Origin: Raillietiella orientalis
Taxonomy: Eukaryota
Length of the DNA stretch: 51,794 nt
Direction of reading: 5' to 3'
Assembly (NCBI GenBank): GCA_036172245.1
Contig: JAYWIR010000106.1
Span: 124,001 to 175,794, forward strand
Shown here: one piece after another, positions 15,467 through 32,749 of the stretch
Position numbering within the stretch: the stretch's first letter is position 1
Layout: the number at the start of each line of letters is the position of its first letter
Translations under genes and position numbers: made by a program
The notes under the pieces: generated by a model
What the model was told of the DNA's origin: nothing
Seen by the model: only the letters and a program-made list of their open reading frames with translations
The model's database searches: none

Positions 15467-16249
15467 CTTACAAGTTCTATGCTGAATGAAGGGTGTTGGG
15501 TGGCTTTGATGACGTTTGCTCCATTCTTCTACTCTCAAATTGGTGTTTCAACATCTGACTTACTGAAATCAGCTTTTCTCATTATTCCTTCTGACTGATC
15601 TGCCACTATGGGAAGTGTTGTTTCTTGAAGCTTTTCTGTAACCACACTCAAAGAAAGGAACATAAGTTTGTAAAGCATAGTGCAGCACGTGAAGTGTAGC
15701 AAATGTCAAAGTATCCTCTGCACCTTTTGGAATAGCTGGTGATTTATAACAAGTTACAAATTACCATGTCAAATACCTTCAGGTCGAATAGCATTGCTCA
15801 ACTGATCTAGAGTGCTACCTGATCTGTCAAGTTTGGGCACACGTGCATCGGAGGAAGTCGTGTTACAGTATCTACATATTTTGTGAAATCACCCACAACG
15901 GAAGCTCACCTTGGTATTATCCTCTCGTCTTCTTGTAACTTATTGATTCCGTCAAGAACAAGTGTACATCCTTCTTGCATATCAGTGCGTTTCTTCTATG
16001 GCCTACAGAGTCTCACTAACCATTCCAAAAATTACATCCATTACTGCAAAGTTCGCATCTCCTTTCTTTCCGAGCTCTTCAATGGCAGCACAGTTTTTCT
16101 CTCTACAGCATTAAGGAAAATTACAAACGAAAATTTTGGAACGACTTCCTAAATTCATCACCCTGATGAATGGTTCTAAGGGAAAGGGAACAAGTTGTAG
16201 GGAAATCTGGAGAAATTCCGAAGGAAATCAGGAAATGAGACACGCCGTC

Positions 16250-19200
16250 CCATTCGAACCAGTGAGTTGACACGGAGCGGTTTTCTGAGCCAAGATCTGT
16301 TCCCTACACCAGAGTTTGCAATTGTCAAAATTACTTCAATTTTTCAAATGAGGTCCAGGAGACTGTCTTGAGTTCACGGGCATCTCACAGATGTGTGATG
16401 CACATTTTGTGTACCAACATTGCGAACATCATTCCAGACGAATGCAAGTACCGATATATTGGAACAGACGGAAATTCATTGCATGGGCATTCTCTTTTTC
16501 CAATGCGGAACAAAAATGTGTTGGATTTACGAGTTTCAAACGAAATCCTGAAAAGTTGAGGAAGCACTGAGACATCCGTGAAGAGATCGAAAAAACAATT
16601 TTCAAGACACATGCCAACTCTTTCTCCAATCATCAGCTACTTGATGTTGTTAGATATTCCATAAAGAAGTCTCAGTCGATGAACACCTAAGAGGAAATCT
16701 GCGACCAGCATCCAAAGAAACTCCAGCAGCATTCTTATGTTCACGGAAGGTTGATGAGTTGAGGTGACGGCATTCTGGAAATATGGTGGCGAAGCAAATG
16801 CAAGGGGTGTTATGGATGAACTAGAAAGAGCGACGTGATTCAAGCCCGGTCGCACCTTGGTGCCCCCTCAAACCGACTCCGAGACCGATAGCGAGTTTTT
16901 CTTGGATTTTGTCCTGGATACTCAGGATTTGGTGAGACGGAGGTCACGCCTGAAGGCAGCTCGCAATGCAGCTTGCATTTGCGCTAGATCCGAGTGCCGT
17001 CATGTATATCAATTACGGTACATTGATATGCAGACGGGGAACAAACGAATCTGCTTCTTCCGTGTTTTGAAAGGTTATGTCTCAGCATGGCTCGCTGAAA
17101 GTCCAGATTCTGCTCAAGTTGAGAAAGCATCTGCACTGAGTTGGAGCCAGCACGAAAACATTGATCCTGTTGCTGCTACTCCAAGGAACTTGTTCCATTT
17201 TCCCTGGTTTTCGTATTTTCTCTTTCCTCTTTGTTTTGTGGTCTCTGCCGTTTCCATCTGACCATCATGAAGCAGCGAAAGATTCGAGCCGAGGTCGATA
17301 AATTTTGCTAAGATACCAGTATACCCCTGGAATCTTAGCAGAGCCTCCTCTCGTGCTTAATGCCCTTTTAGCGTAATTGGCTCTTTTCAGTCATCAAGGA
17401 AGCATGAAATCTATTGAAAACTCTTGTCTTCGAGTCCCTTAGAAGAGCGAACTTGTCGTTTCCAAACTGAAGCTAAACTCGGCCGATGCTGCAAAATGCT
17501 CTTCGTGAAAAGTCACCTTCGTGTCGACTTTGTGAAATACTGAATGGACTTAAAGTACACAAACACTCGAAGACCCGATCTAATGCACAATTACAGGTTT
17601 TCATGATCGGAATCCAATTGACAAACCAAAGTGATTTTGGATCGCAATAAGCTGTCTATGCATCTTGGCAGTTCTTAGTGCCATGACGTTTCAAGAGTCC
17701 TCTAAAATCCGCATCTACCACTTGAGACATGGACTTGCGTTTCAGCACTCTCGGCAAAAACTTAATGATATTGATGGGATGATTTGCACACTCATCATGT
17801 TTGACATCATGTTTAACATGATGGGTGTTCCGCTTCGACGCCCATCGATCCCAGAATTTCAATCCAGAAGCTCTCTTCGGGATGTGCACTGCTGCTCCAT
17901 TCCGATAATATATTTCTCCATCGTTGAACTTGGAGAGTTGTCTCTTTTGATTGCAAATGGTTTCCATGCATACGAGTGTTTTCTCAGTGGACCAAATTTG
18001 ATCCTGCTCTGCTGTGAGAATTCGGATATTTCGCATTTTTTGCAAGTTTCCTGAACGAAATGCGATAAAAATTTTCCACAAAAAGATTCCCGAAAGTCCA
18101 CTGGATATTAGGGATAGACCGAAGCTACAAAAATGAAAATGGGATTGCAAGTGCATCATCGGAATCCATCTTCAAACTTGCTTTGGATTACTCGTGGCAG
18201 GTTCTTCCATAACAGCAAGTCTTTTATGCTGCATAAGTCTTCTCCTGGACTTTTATCTTGATGCATTCTTCTTTCCTTTATTCGTTCTGATCAGACTCTC
18301 AGTTGCAGTTGTCTTTCATTCTTAAATTAAAATGCCATCGAGGATAGCATTAGCTGCACAACTGTTCTTTAACTGGACTTTCTTTAACTAGCTTCGCATT
18401 CGATCTGCTATCGCATCGTCCAATGGCATCAACGCATCCGGAAATTTCCATTTCAAAAGCCATCGGCATCTTCATCAGAATCGCATCTTGAAACTTGGAA
18501 ATGAGAAGATTGTATTTTGAAAGCATTCGCGCTTCCTGTGCTTTTTCCTATCCCATTGCTCATGGTATCCCCATCCCTGCATTGCACACTGTGAAAAAAA
18601 GAAGGCGTAGTAATATTAAGATGAGAGTTCAGATCATTCCTTGGAACAAATGTTGCACAGAATATTTGAAATGAAAAGATATCATTTGAAAGATCAATTC
18701 TTTGATTCTATCTGTTTCTAATTCTATGATGTACTAATAGTTATGGAGGAATGAAATCATTTTTTTTCGGTTCTCTAAGGAAACTCCTTCCAATGCTCAA
18801 CATCCACTTTCAAGAAGTTTTGAGACCATGTGGCCTTTCCCAATAGTCCACATCTCAAACAACGTGGAAAGCGCCGTTTGCTAGGCCGCAAGGCACTACC
18901 AGGGGCCAAATGTCGGACGCCGTCCCGGTCAAACCTGCGCCGAGTTGCCATTGGTTTACCTCCATGCTCTTTTGTTCTTGGAACATTAATACATTTAAGC
19001 AAAAACTCTTCTGAAAGTTTTTTGCATGAGGAATCCTCTGCATCCACGCTGAATTTGTCCTCTAGCCAAGATGGAAAAGCAGAATTCCTTCAGCTCGTTG
19101 GCATACAACCATAGTTAAAGGAGAAGTATTCTTGCAAACAAGCTTTCTGGAAGGAAGTTGGTGTCCACTTCAGATGATCGTAACCTTCCGTCGACTCGGT

Positions 19201-19520
19201 GTGTTATTTTCCACGTCCTTTGCAAATTTTGCAACTTTCGGACTAAGGAAGAATTCCTGCGAGCTGTTTTCGAAATAGTCCAACGGATAAGTGGAAGCAG
19301 TCTCGTCTAGAGTTCTGAATTTCCGTGTAGCTGCCCTCGGAAATCTTTCCATCTCTAAAGTTGATTCTGCAATCCTCGGTTGGGCCCGGTTTTCTTTTGA
19401 TCATCACCTTTTCATCCGCCTTGTTGTCATGGTGATCGTCTTTCCATTCTGCTAATTGAATCCCAAACTCGTCGGGTTGTCTCTCTTTTAACGCCACTTG
19501 TTGCGACACATTCCAAAGTG
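16250..19520 (-). mobile_element. Degenerate near-full-length LINE (ORF1 knuckle + APE + RT), deletion-shrunken
   Basis: In order on the minus strand: PRCLRCGLLGK (ORF1 zinc knuckle remnant, ~18870); NIRILT...TLVCMET...RNGAAVHIPK (APE, ~18030-17880); KIRKPGK...RINVF (PKPGK...YRPI); VSLDAGRRF (LD.EKAF); ERVGMCLENCFFDLFTD (GVRQGC.LSP.LF); SVPIYRYL (V..YKYLG). Many stops and frameshifts. Confidence 0.6.
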
Positions 19521-20299
19521 AACGTCACTTTCAGAAGTGACGCACATACATAGGTGAGCACGTGAAAAATCCAACGAAGAACGGAATCCTACGCTACGAA
19601 CCTGGGCGAAGTCACAGTGTCAATTTCCACGGTTCTCCGTCACGGTGAACTTGGCATCCCGAATATAGAATTATCAAAGAAACGGAATGGCTTACTTGGT
19701 ATACGAATCCGCATTAACAGGTATTATTAACTGGTATCCGCCTTCATAACAGCAGGAAATGTAGTTAACGAACTCGGCGGCACGTCTAGTAAACTATTTC
19801 GCTGCAGATGAAAAATGGCAGTCCGCAGTCTGAGGGACTTCTTCACTCCCTCTGATTTGTTTTCCATCCTTTCTCCTGGCATTCAAGCTCAGAAAACGGT
19901 CAAAATTTTCATTCGTACAACTTAGAAGTCCGGAGTGAACTCCTAGCAGTCTTGATCAGCAGGAACCCAAGCAGTGCACGGCATCTGCGAACCTGTTGGT
20001 CGATTCCCGTTCTGCCGCGACGGCCGGAGGCAGGGATGGCAGCGAGCGCACTTTCGGGAGCGCCCAGACGGCGGCTAACTTTCGCGGCTACTCCCGTTTT
20101 CCGAACAGCGATTCCAGATTGCAGGGAGCCGCACTCCGCCGGCATGTTCGACGGCTCTCAATTCCTCATGTGACAAGAGCAATAGGGATGCGTCTCCGGA
20201 CCTTCCACTCAGGTTCAGCTCCGAGCGACGTTTCGCGAAACGCCGCTTCAACCGACCTCCAGCTACCAAGGAAGAAAACGAAAATCGGATGCACGTTCC

Positions 20300-21600
20300 G
20301 CGAAATATTCTTCGGGCGCTGAGTGCTTCGTGTCTCCATGATGGCGGCACTCAGTGTCGCCATTATGATTATAATCCGTTCGGATTGCCGACTTTTGCTT
20401 CGTCAGGGACACCGACTGAGAGCGAAAAATCTTCCACAAGTCAAGGGACTGCGTGCCAGCTGAAGGTAAGCGGAAATTGGCGCGAAAGTGAGAGGGAACA
20501 CAAACTTGGGTATCGTCATCATCGAGATGGATACCAAACGATCAGTAGATGCCAATTAGCGGATCCGATGCTACCATCTGTTGCACGCCTGGAAACGATG
20601 CTGCGAATGAGCTTGTGGATTCTGGCTGAAAGCGCAGCTTTGGAAGCCACGGTTCGATGGAGCAGGGCGCATATTTTCCTTGCAAAGGAAGAAAAAGCAA
20701 AACACGCTCAAAGAGAATTACCATTGCAGATGGAAGCATCGCTCCCAAACCCAGTAACCTCACAACCGGCTACACTTGTCCACTAAAAGCAAAGGGACGT
20801 ACATGGCAATCGGGGAACTTCGAGATACAACTTGCAGCCGCCCACCTAGCTGCATCACACGATCATTCCGCAAATGGCGGCGGCAGCCAACTTTTGCGAA
20901 TCTCTCCCTGCCGGTGAGGTTCCGAAAGGAGTGCACCCGTCCGAGAGCACACTCGCCATGCTCTTGAAGGCTTCGGGTCAACTTCGTTCCACTGGACCGT
21001 CTGCAACTTGCCAGCCAATGCAGCCAAATGGGATGTTCCGAATGTATTGGACAGAGTCCACTTGGTCCTCATTCTTTCCCTCCTAGGCTGTGAAGGGCAA
21101 TCTTTTTCGTGGTTGCGCGTTTTTCCATCTCTTGAAACTCTCTCCTTCCAAAACAAACATTTCGAAGCGAGGAAAGAATCGCAGACGTGACCGCTCCGTG
21201 TAGACCTTTACTTTCATAATTTATACATCAGGAAAATTGAAGCTGCTTATGCAAGCACTGGCACTTCGGGAGACGGAATCGTACTCCATCCTCGAAGGCA
21301 CCCCACTGTAACTGTTGCTGTGCAGTCTCTTCGTAGGTATGGCCAAGGTACTTGGCGAGAGCGACAAAGAAGACTGAAACTCCTTGGATTCTTGGATCCC
21401 GACTGGGCTAGCTGTACGTCGAGCGACTCCAGAAAATTCCGGTTCCACCATATGAGACGCTGGTACAGAGTGAGATCAGAACGGGCCACCGAGGATTTCA
21501 AAGAGGGTACATCGATTCGCTCGTGGTCTCAAGAACTTTCTCAGACTGCGTTCATCCGAAAGCGTGCTAAATTCTTGAAGCGTACGCCTGCGATGCTAAA
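20300..21600 (+). mobile_element. Degenerate LINE RT relic
   Basis: WSRAHIFLAKEEK (W..A.I.LIPK), KSKGTYMAIGELR (GR.T.DAI..LR) and EVPKGVHPSESTLAMLL (KGVRQG..LSP.LF), in order. Confidence 0.4.
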
Positions 21601-21765
21601 GGGTTATTAGCATTACACTGCCTTTCGTATTCCGCTCCCCTCAAGTAAGCTTTTGACCAGGTGTCTCATTGCCTGGGGGCGCCGGGGCGTTTACTTCTAA
21701 AGAATAGACATACATAGCGTTGCTTAACTTGGATGAGTCTTTTACTCGACGCGTGCAGTCTTCGC

Positions 21766-21854
21766 GGGAGGACGGGGCGTGATGGGGGGTGAGGGCCGGG
21801 GGACGGGGGCAGGGGATGGGTTCTGGGGGTGGTGGGAGGAGGCATTTGGGGAGG
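21766..21854 (+). repeat. G-tract cluster (G-quadruplex-competent)
   Basis: More than ten G3-G6 runs with short loops: ggggcgtgatggggggtgagggccgggggacgggggcaggggatgggttctgggggtggtggg. Confidence 0.7.
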
Positions 21855-21954
21855 TTGCACCGTGTGCTGAGCTGCTGCTATTCTGCTCTTGCTTGTCCTT
21901 TTTTCTTCGCGGTCATGTGAGTCCAACCACTTCCATTTCTTTGCCGATTTCGAC

Positions 21955-23960
21955 GAGGTGTGTCGCACTCATTCCAGCCGCGGGCCATTTCATGCCACCG
22001 ATAGCGTCCACGCGGGACGCATCACATTTGCAAATTTTCTGAAATTTACATTTTGGAGTGGGGATTCAGGAATATAAATAGGATAGTTAAAACACATTAT
22101 GTAATCGAGTGCATTTAATTGTAATGATATATAATTGCTTTTATTGGAACATTCATTGAATTCAAAGACTTTATGAAACGAAATTTCATCCTTTTCAGCA
22201 GAAAGTTGCCGGCGCTTTCCTCCTCCCACTTTTTGAATATTTGGATTCGGAGACTGAGAACAAACAATCTCCATTACGGCAGATGGATGCTCGTCAGTTC
22301 ATCTTCATCTGTAAGCCGTTTTGTTTCATTTCTTGCACGGAAAGGACTGCTCTAAAATCTGGAAGTTCTCCCAAAATGGCACCAAATTTGCGCGGGAAAC
22401 TTTTCGTTTTCCGGGTACTTGTCGCATCAATGAGAATTCATTTTGGAAATCCCTACTTCTCGATGTTTGTCCTGTAAAACCGACTCATTCTGGAAATCAA
22501 TTCATCCCAGTTGCATCGAAGTGGGAGCTCTTTTCACTTCGAAGGAAAAAATTTCTTCTCACTCCCTGAAATGATGAAAACGTTTATCGAATTTGTTTTT
22601 GATTTCTTCCATTGGATCACAGTATTGTGAAATCGAGCGAATTTGATTTTCTGCTTTTCACTGCTCACACGTAGGAAAATATGTGAAAGCGTTTTGTTGT
22701 AAATGATTTTTGAACAACGTAAGCTTTTGCACAAAACTTGCAATTGCCTGTTCCTATTCCCTATTAATTGATCTTTGCCTTGCAACGTAATATTCAGATT
22801 GTTCAGATGACCTGTAATATCTGCTAAAAATCCGAGGTCTTCAACCCACAAAGCATCTTTGGCGCCCTTTTCCTTCCTTTCATTTTTCATTTCAGGAAGC
22901 ACGATAATTTCCCCCAAAAGCAGATAGAAGCTCTTCAGGAGAACCAAAGAACTTCTGCGGAATAAGAAAGATCTTCGGACTCTGAATCTTCAAGGAACGA
23001 AGTAAGTTGGAGATGGTTCAGTGCTCCGGATGGAATCAAGTTGACTGTCTTCACGTACTTCCTCCATTTCCTATATTTTCAAACAGGGAACTCGTAGGTG
23101 GATGAGGCAATGGAAGACCCTGATTTTCAGTTTATCTGGATATTCATCTTGGAATTCTACTGTTAGTCTGGACACAAATCCTTTCCTTTCACCTGGGATC
23201 GTTTTCCTTTCGCTTTGGCGCCGTCAGTTGTTGTCACAGAAACGAGCCGTCAAGTTTCCGACAATTCCTCCGTGACCCTCATGTTGTCATCGCAACCGCG
23301 GAGAAAAAGAGCGGCAACTTGTGCAACATCTCTCACATCTGTGCATTCACCAATCGCCATCGAAAAGGATTGCACTTTGGTAGATATTTCCTGTAGTCGT
23401 CAGCTGATGTTATCTGCCATTTCAGTAATTCCGTCTGCCACCCTCTTTCCTGATAAGGATTGACATTTCTGGACAGACGATTTCGGCAGCATTTATCATA
23501 CGTTCCTTCATTGAAGGGCCATCGGTGGCTGATTTTGAACCTTTTGATGGGAAATGGCTTATTTCGGAACGAGCTCTTGTCACTGATTCACTGCTTTGCA
23601 TGAATTTCGCGAGCACTCGTTGCTGCTGGCTATTCAGTTAGTTCTTCTTCCTTCTTTTCAACTTTTCTTCTCTTGCATTTCCTTCGAAGCTCGAAAACGG
23701 TTCTTCGTGATTTCGTGCTGTGATGACGCTTCATGTTGTGTTCTTTAACGACACTTTGGCGAATTGATTGCTTGCAAATTAAACACGTGATTTTATTGTC
23801 CATTTCCACACTAAAGTTCACCTCTCACCTTTCTTGCAATCTTCTTCCCTCCTCACCAAACTCTCGTTTTTTATTTAGCGTGGAAAGCAACATTTTCTGT
23901 ATAAAAAATAACCGTTCAATGTAAAGTGCAAAAATTGGAGGAACCGCAACCGCTTACCTT
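21955..23960 (-). mobile_element. Degenerate hAT DNA transposon, SPIN/GTF2IRD2-like transposase pseudogene
   Basis: ATG at 23893: MLLSTLNKKREFGEEGRRLQER*...ITCLIC...KEHNMKRHH (BED-like finger), TTDGA, WVEDLGFLADITGHLNNLNITLQGKDQLI, and C-terminal NKTAYR...TDEHPSAVMEI...KRRQLS. A 5'-UTR intron is present (donor gtaagc ~23957, acceptor tatacag 23897). A hAT-like terminus gaggtgtgtcgcactc...gccgcgggcc lies at ~21955. The other end is cut off by the duplication breakpoint at 23994. Confidence 0.85.
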
Positions 23961-23993
23961 TTTTTTTAAGTAAGGTAGGAAAGAGCTCGCAAA

Positions 23994-27724
<3,731 letters not shown>

Positions 27725-27779
27725 AGTGGGTTTTGTGTTGGCACGCTGGTGGCACGGGAGTTGGCTCGTCGGAGAGGTC

Positions 27780-30050
27780 GCTGCGTTGTGAATTGCGAAT
27801 TGCACGGATTGCTCGGATCTCTGCAGCGATTCATTGGATGCAGGGATTGCGCAAGCGCAATGGCGATTCTGCAAAGCGCCGCAGCTTGCCATCCCGTTTG
27901 CTTTGCTACACCTTTTTTTGTTGCGACGCAGCATCCGTAACGAAGAAGGATGTTGTGAGCATTCTGGTTCAGTTGAATGGTGAAGTAACAATTCTTTGGA
28001 TTGCTGCTTTCCAGCCTGGTGCCTTTCCATCAGAAAGAGGATCGTATCTGTGTGTTACCTGCGCATCAGTTGAGTACCACCTGGTGTCGACTGCTGTATC
28101 CCTTGAGGTCTGGATTTGCATCCGTGGTGGTAGACGAAATCCTCGTTCGTGCTGGAAGAAACTGAAGAAGCATTCTTGTATTCCGCGCAGGTAGCGTGGT
28201 GATTGCTGACGGGCATTGGATACGACTCGCAACTGCCTTTGCGTTTGCCATAAAAACCCATATCGGGCAAATCGAGTGTGGGACCAGCACTCCGCCACGG
28301 CAGAGCAAGAGGAAGGACAATTCCAAAGAGAGGAAAAGCACGTGGAAGAATTTGGGTTCCCTTAAACAGACAAAGGAATTCCAGCTGGCTACCTCCGTTT
28401 CAGCAGCTTCAAAGCAATGAAAGCATCCTCACTGGAAGCGGAATCGGGATCTTGTTGTGAGCGGTGTGCGAAGCCCAATGGATAAGCAAATAGATAGGCA
28501 GTCGGGTATACCGACCCCGATGTGGGGTTTCATAGGCGCACATTCGTCAAAAAGGGAACGGAAAATCGGAGTTGATCTGCTGGGTGTCTTTGGAAGCCGA
28601 CCTCGACTGCTGCGTCCGACATGGAGAGCTTTCCTTCCCTTGTGCGTGCAGGCAATCCCGTTCGCAGACGGTCCTCTGGTGTATAGGTCCTTTTTCACGG
28701 TCACTGTTGCTCGCCCCTCTTGGAGATTCATCAGGAGAAGGACGGGTAGTGGACCTGAGCAGGTGATTATGGAACTCCTGAGATTCCGCGTCTGGAAAAA
28801 GAGGGATCTCAGCCATGAGATTCCATTCGCCACTGATTCATCAGTGTCCTCACAGCACGAATTGAAATTGATCCTACCATGCCATTCATGCCAATGCACC
28901 ACCGCCTAGTCTTCAACGTGAATCCATCCGCCGATCAAGGAGTCCTTCGTCGTGCGGTGCGCGTGGTGAATCACACGCACCAGAAGACATCTTTCCGATG
29001 TGAAAGGTTATGACGTACGGTTTCTCCGATGATCACATGCAGTGCGCGTGTGAGGAGGTGAAGCTTCTGCGAATGGAGTTCTTACGGAAAAAACTGCTAA
29101 TAGCGTGACTACACTTCCTGAATAGCCCTCGACTGTGCTGGGGCACCTCTGGCTGCTGCAATTTCTGGTGCAAAGTAGCGTGCGATTTGGGTCGAATTAC
29201 TCTAACTGCCATCCCTCCTTTTTCTTCTATTCGGACTTAAACGAAAGGTCGTTCCTTGTGACAGTGCTGTGTCACTTTTTTGTGAATAAACCCTTCTGGT
29301 GCATTGGGAACTGAGGTCTCCTATAGGCAGACTGATCATCCTTTAGGGTCCAATTATTCTATCAACGGGAGGCAGAAGTTCTTCAACAATCCGAAGATCT
29401 CTTCCTTTAGCGACGCTCCCACTGAAACGACCACGCACCTCGTCATGATGACGTAAGCGACTTTCCTGAAAGGGGCAGTTCGAAGAAGTCCTCGAGCCAG
29501 GCTAGAGCAAATCGCACAGATCTTCCGCATTGGAAGCCACTAGAGACGTACACAAGAAGGAGACCTGCCACCTACCGAGCCCGGAGAAGGTCCCTGAGGG
29601 ATGTCGGCAAGACAGAAACCGTGCTGCGAGATCGCAGGAAGGAAGAACAAATTGGAATGGTAGAGGCAGCGTCCGATGGCTGACTTTTGCAACGCATCCG
29701 CCCTACCCAAGAAACATATCCACCCGGAGAATTTCCTTCGAATCTCCTTGAAGGACGTACAGATCTTTGAAGTAAATTTTGGACGTGTTCATGCACTGTC
29801 GGAAATGCGAAGTTCGACGTTGCGACGTTGCGCGCCAACCGAATCACCTGACCGGTGCAGGAGAAGCCCCGGAGTGTGCCTGGGGTGGTGCAAGGAAAGC
29901 CTACCCGCACCTGCTGTTCCAGTGCTCTCCCAGCTGCTCAGAGCTCGGGGAACGTCTGCATGAACCTTATGACTCGCTGACTCGAAGGGTCTGCTGGGAC
30001 GCTGTCCGCTATCCGCGAAATATCGCCCGTTGCGTTTTTCGGAGCTCCGT
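27780..30050 (+). mobile_element. Degenerate Jockey/CR1/I-like LINE ORF2 relic (APE-RT-CCHC)
   Basis: VSILVQLNGEVTILWIAAFQPG (APE ..Y.PP), GSVVIADG, WGFIGAHSS (QxGFRxxHST), LLGVFGSRP...LPLCVQAIPFADGPLVYRS (GVPQGS...FADD..VY), RIEIDPTMPF (LGV.ID..L.F) and APECAW...YPHLLFQC (C..C...HLLF.C). Confidence 0.6.
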
Positions 30051-31289
30051 ACAGCTTACGCTAAAGGCGATGGGGCTCGGACTAGCGGAGATCCCTGTTC
30101 CGTCGGTGATCTGTTCTTCTAGGATGACTAAGAGATAGCCGCGCATCCCTCGACAGAAGGAGGAACTTGCTGGCACCCTGCAAAGGATGTAGGGACGCCG
30201 AGGATGTGTCTTCGATCTCTTCCCTCGCTCCAGCAACATCTTGGACTCTTCGGCGCTGGACACTCTGTTATTTATTTGTTGATTTCCCCCTCCTTCACTT
30301 CTTTCCCTGTAAACTTCTTTCGGCAAACTGCCGTCGAGCAGAGAATTCCTGCATCGCTTCATCTCGATCGTTTTCTCGAAGAGATTCGTTTCAGAGTGAA
30401 CGTGCGCGCGCGTGACCACCTGAGGACGCGCTCGTTTTGTTCCTCACCCGAGAAGTTCCGCTTATTCGGGTGCGCGCCTTCCGTTTCCAGGGATGCGCCA
30501 GCCGCCACCCTTGCCTCCATAGGCCTGCCTAACCGTGCGAACCACGTTGGTCGTTGCGTTCTTTACATTTTTTCCCTTCTGGAGGACGTGGCATGAGGGT
30601 GACTCCTGAGAAAAGGTCGGCTTAGCACCTGACTTGCACATGTGCCCCCGCCTGTTAATTGCAGCTCGTGCAACTGATTCCTCCGCACAAGGAAGAGTCT
30701 TAGGTTTCATTGCTTTGCGCCATCGAGGGACGATTTCGGCGGTACCATCACGACAGTCTTCGCTTCTTTGTGGTCACGCGAGAAGTCGGTTGTTTGGATC
30801 TGCGTTGCTCCGGAAAACTCTACGGTTTCACACTTTTTGTGGATTCTGCCCGTCTTTTGCAGTTCGCTTTCTTCTTTCCGGCCCACTTCACCATGAATGG
30901 CAAGAGGAGTTGTACATTTTCGCGTACTCTGGACGATGATTGCTTCCTACTCATTCGGATGTTATTTTGTGCTGCTGTTGGAAGAATGAAAACAGAGATT
31001 GCGATGTCGATGTGTTTTCCCTTTTTAATTTCAATCATTCCAGATGCATTAAAGTGGGCAGATGCGCAGCGGAGTACGTGATCGATGGATACTCGAAATT
31101 TCACGTGAAGACCGTGAGTTTACTCCTTCTTGGGTAGACACAGAGGGTCAGGCGGGATTTCGCAGCAGTTTCCTTGCCGCCGAGGACAAATCGTCGTCAG
31201 GCCACAGAAAGGGTGCGCCTTTGTTTCCTTCTTCCTCGGGAAGTTTGGTTTCAATCAACAAGTGGTAGAGACCCAAATGCGCGTCCATT

Positions 31290-31800
31290 CAAGAAGGATG
31301 ATGACTGGGCAGCAACGCTTGGGATACACCGCTGCAATACATCTTTGTTTTCGATCCATCTCATGAAGAAGGATTTGAGCGTGCCATTTAAAGCGTGCAT
31401 GTCTTGGAATGAAAAATCTGGATGGTTAGGTCTCGGCAAGTGCAGAAGAAAACTTAAAAAATAGGGCACAGATGTTCTTTTTATGAATTCGGTAGCATGG
31501 ATGAGTCCATCTTGAATTTTACTGGTTTTGATGCTGCTACGAAGCGTGCGCGACATTTAGGACGAGGTGACGCTGTCGTCTGGATGATATGATTATATGA
31601 ATGGATCCCATGGATGGTTCACCAATGCACTAGCAGCTGGTCCCGTTCCTCAGAAATGTCTGCGTGGCAGTGCAACAACATGCACTTGTGACGTCGTTGG
31701 AGTGGGTGCATCGTGCGTGGGAAGGAAAAAAGTCAGTGTTCCGTTTTGCATGCAGCAGACCGCACATTCGTAGATCATTGGTTATCGCAGCCAATCAAAT
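31290..31800 (+). mobile_element. Possible pogo/Tigger DDE transposase C-terminal relic
   Basis: IHRCNTSL...DLSVPFKACM (like P...TS.LQPLD..V..PFK) and TSLEWVHRAWEG (like V.EWV..AW). Weak and fragmented. Confidence 0.3.
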
Positions 31801-32749
31801 GGAAGGGCTATTTGAGCAACGATTAGAAAGCATCTTCGAAAAGGGGAATGAGTTCCGTGGGTGCTTGGAGGTTCAGCAGGACCCACAAAATATGGGTCTG
31901 TGCCCGTACCGAGTATCGACGATTTCGTCGCCGTTCTGGAGGTTTCGTGGGTTGGCAGCTCAACGCAATGAGCACGGAACTCTTTGAGGAAGCGCAACGA
32001 AAACACCTTTCGCTGTAGTACAGAGGTTGGCCACCCTGGACAGCTCGACAGTGATCCACCTGAGATGGACCACTATCGGTTTGTCCTTGGTTGAAGGGAA
32101 CGACTGCCTTCTATTTATTCCTTCCGTTTATTGGTGTCTCTATTAGGCGGTGGACCGTGATGGATACTTCGAGTGTTCTCCACCTTCCTGCCGCCACCGA
32201 ACGCCGACAGTGCCAGTAGTTGCCAGGGCACACTCGAAATCGCTGAAGCTCCCCAACGAAAGCTATTAGGTTCCTCTTTTCATCCTGCCTTATTCGTATG
32301 TGCAGTTTGCTTCGTACCCTTTCGCCACAGCTGCAGTGCCTGGGAACAGGAAGCAATTCGGGCTTGGGTGGAAAGAAACGTGACGAGCCCGGAAACACCT
32401 CGATTCCAGTAGTTGCCGTTTGATGCTCGCTGCTCACTGCGGAAAATCGTAGATCGCCCAAAGAAGACCACCTGGGCACTGGGTACCGTTTGCAGCCACT
32501 CTCTGCAGATTCGTTTGATTTGGTCATAGAGGCGGTATTACGAAAGGGGAAGTATCCTGCAAGATCTCGGGGAAGCAAAAGCAGCTAAGATGCTGGACGG
32601 CGCGTCAACTGGTTGATGGATGCGCCACCACCGTCCTTCCCAGAAGAATTCTCCCCTGGGTGGAACTTTTGGATATTCCCTTGGAAGAAGTGCAAATGAG
32701 AAGTATCGTGCCAGCTCTCTGTCATGGTGAGACTGACGGAGGTGCTGGT

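Noticed and set aside
21370..21430. LLGFLDPDWASC resembling copia RNase H (GYSDADWAG)
   Set aside because: The following copia motifs (RSTSG, SWxSKKQ, EAEY) are absent and there are no LTRs.
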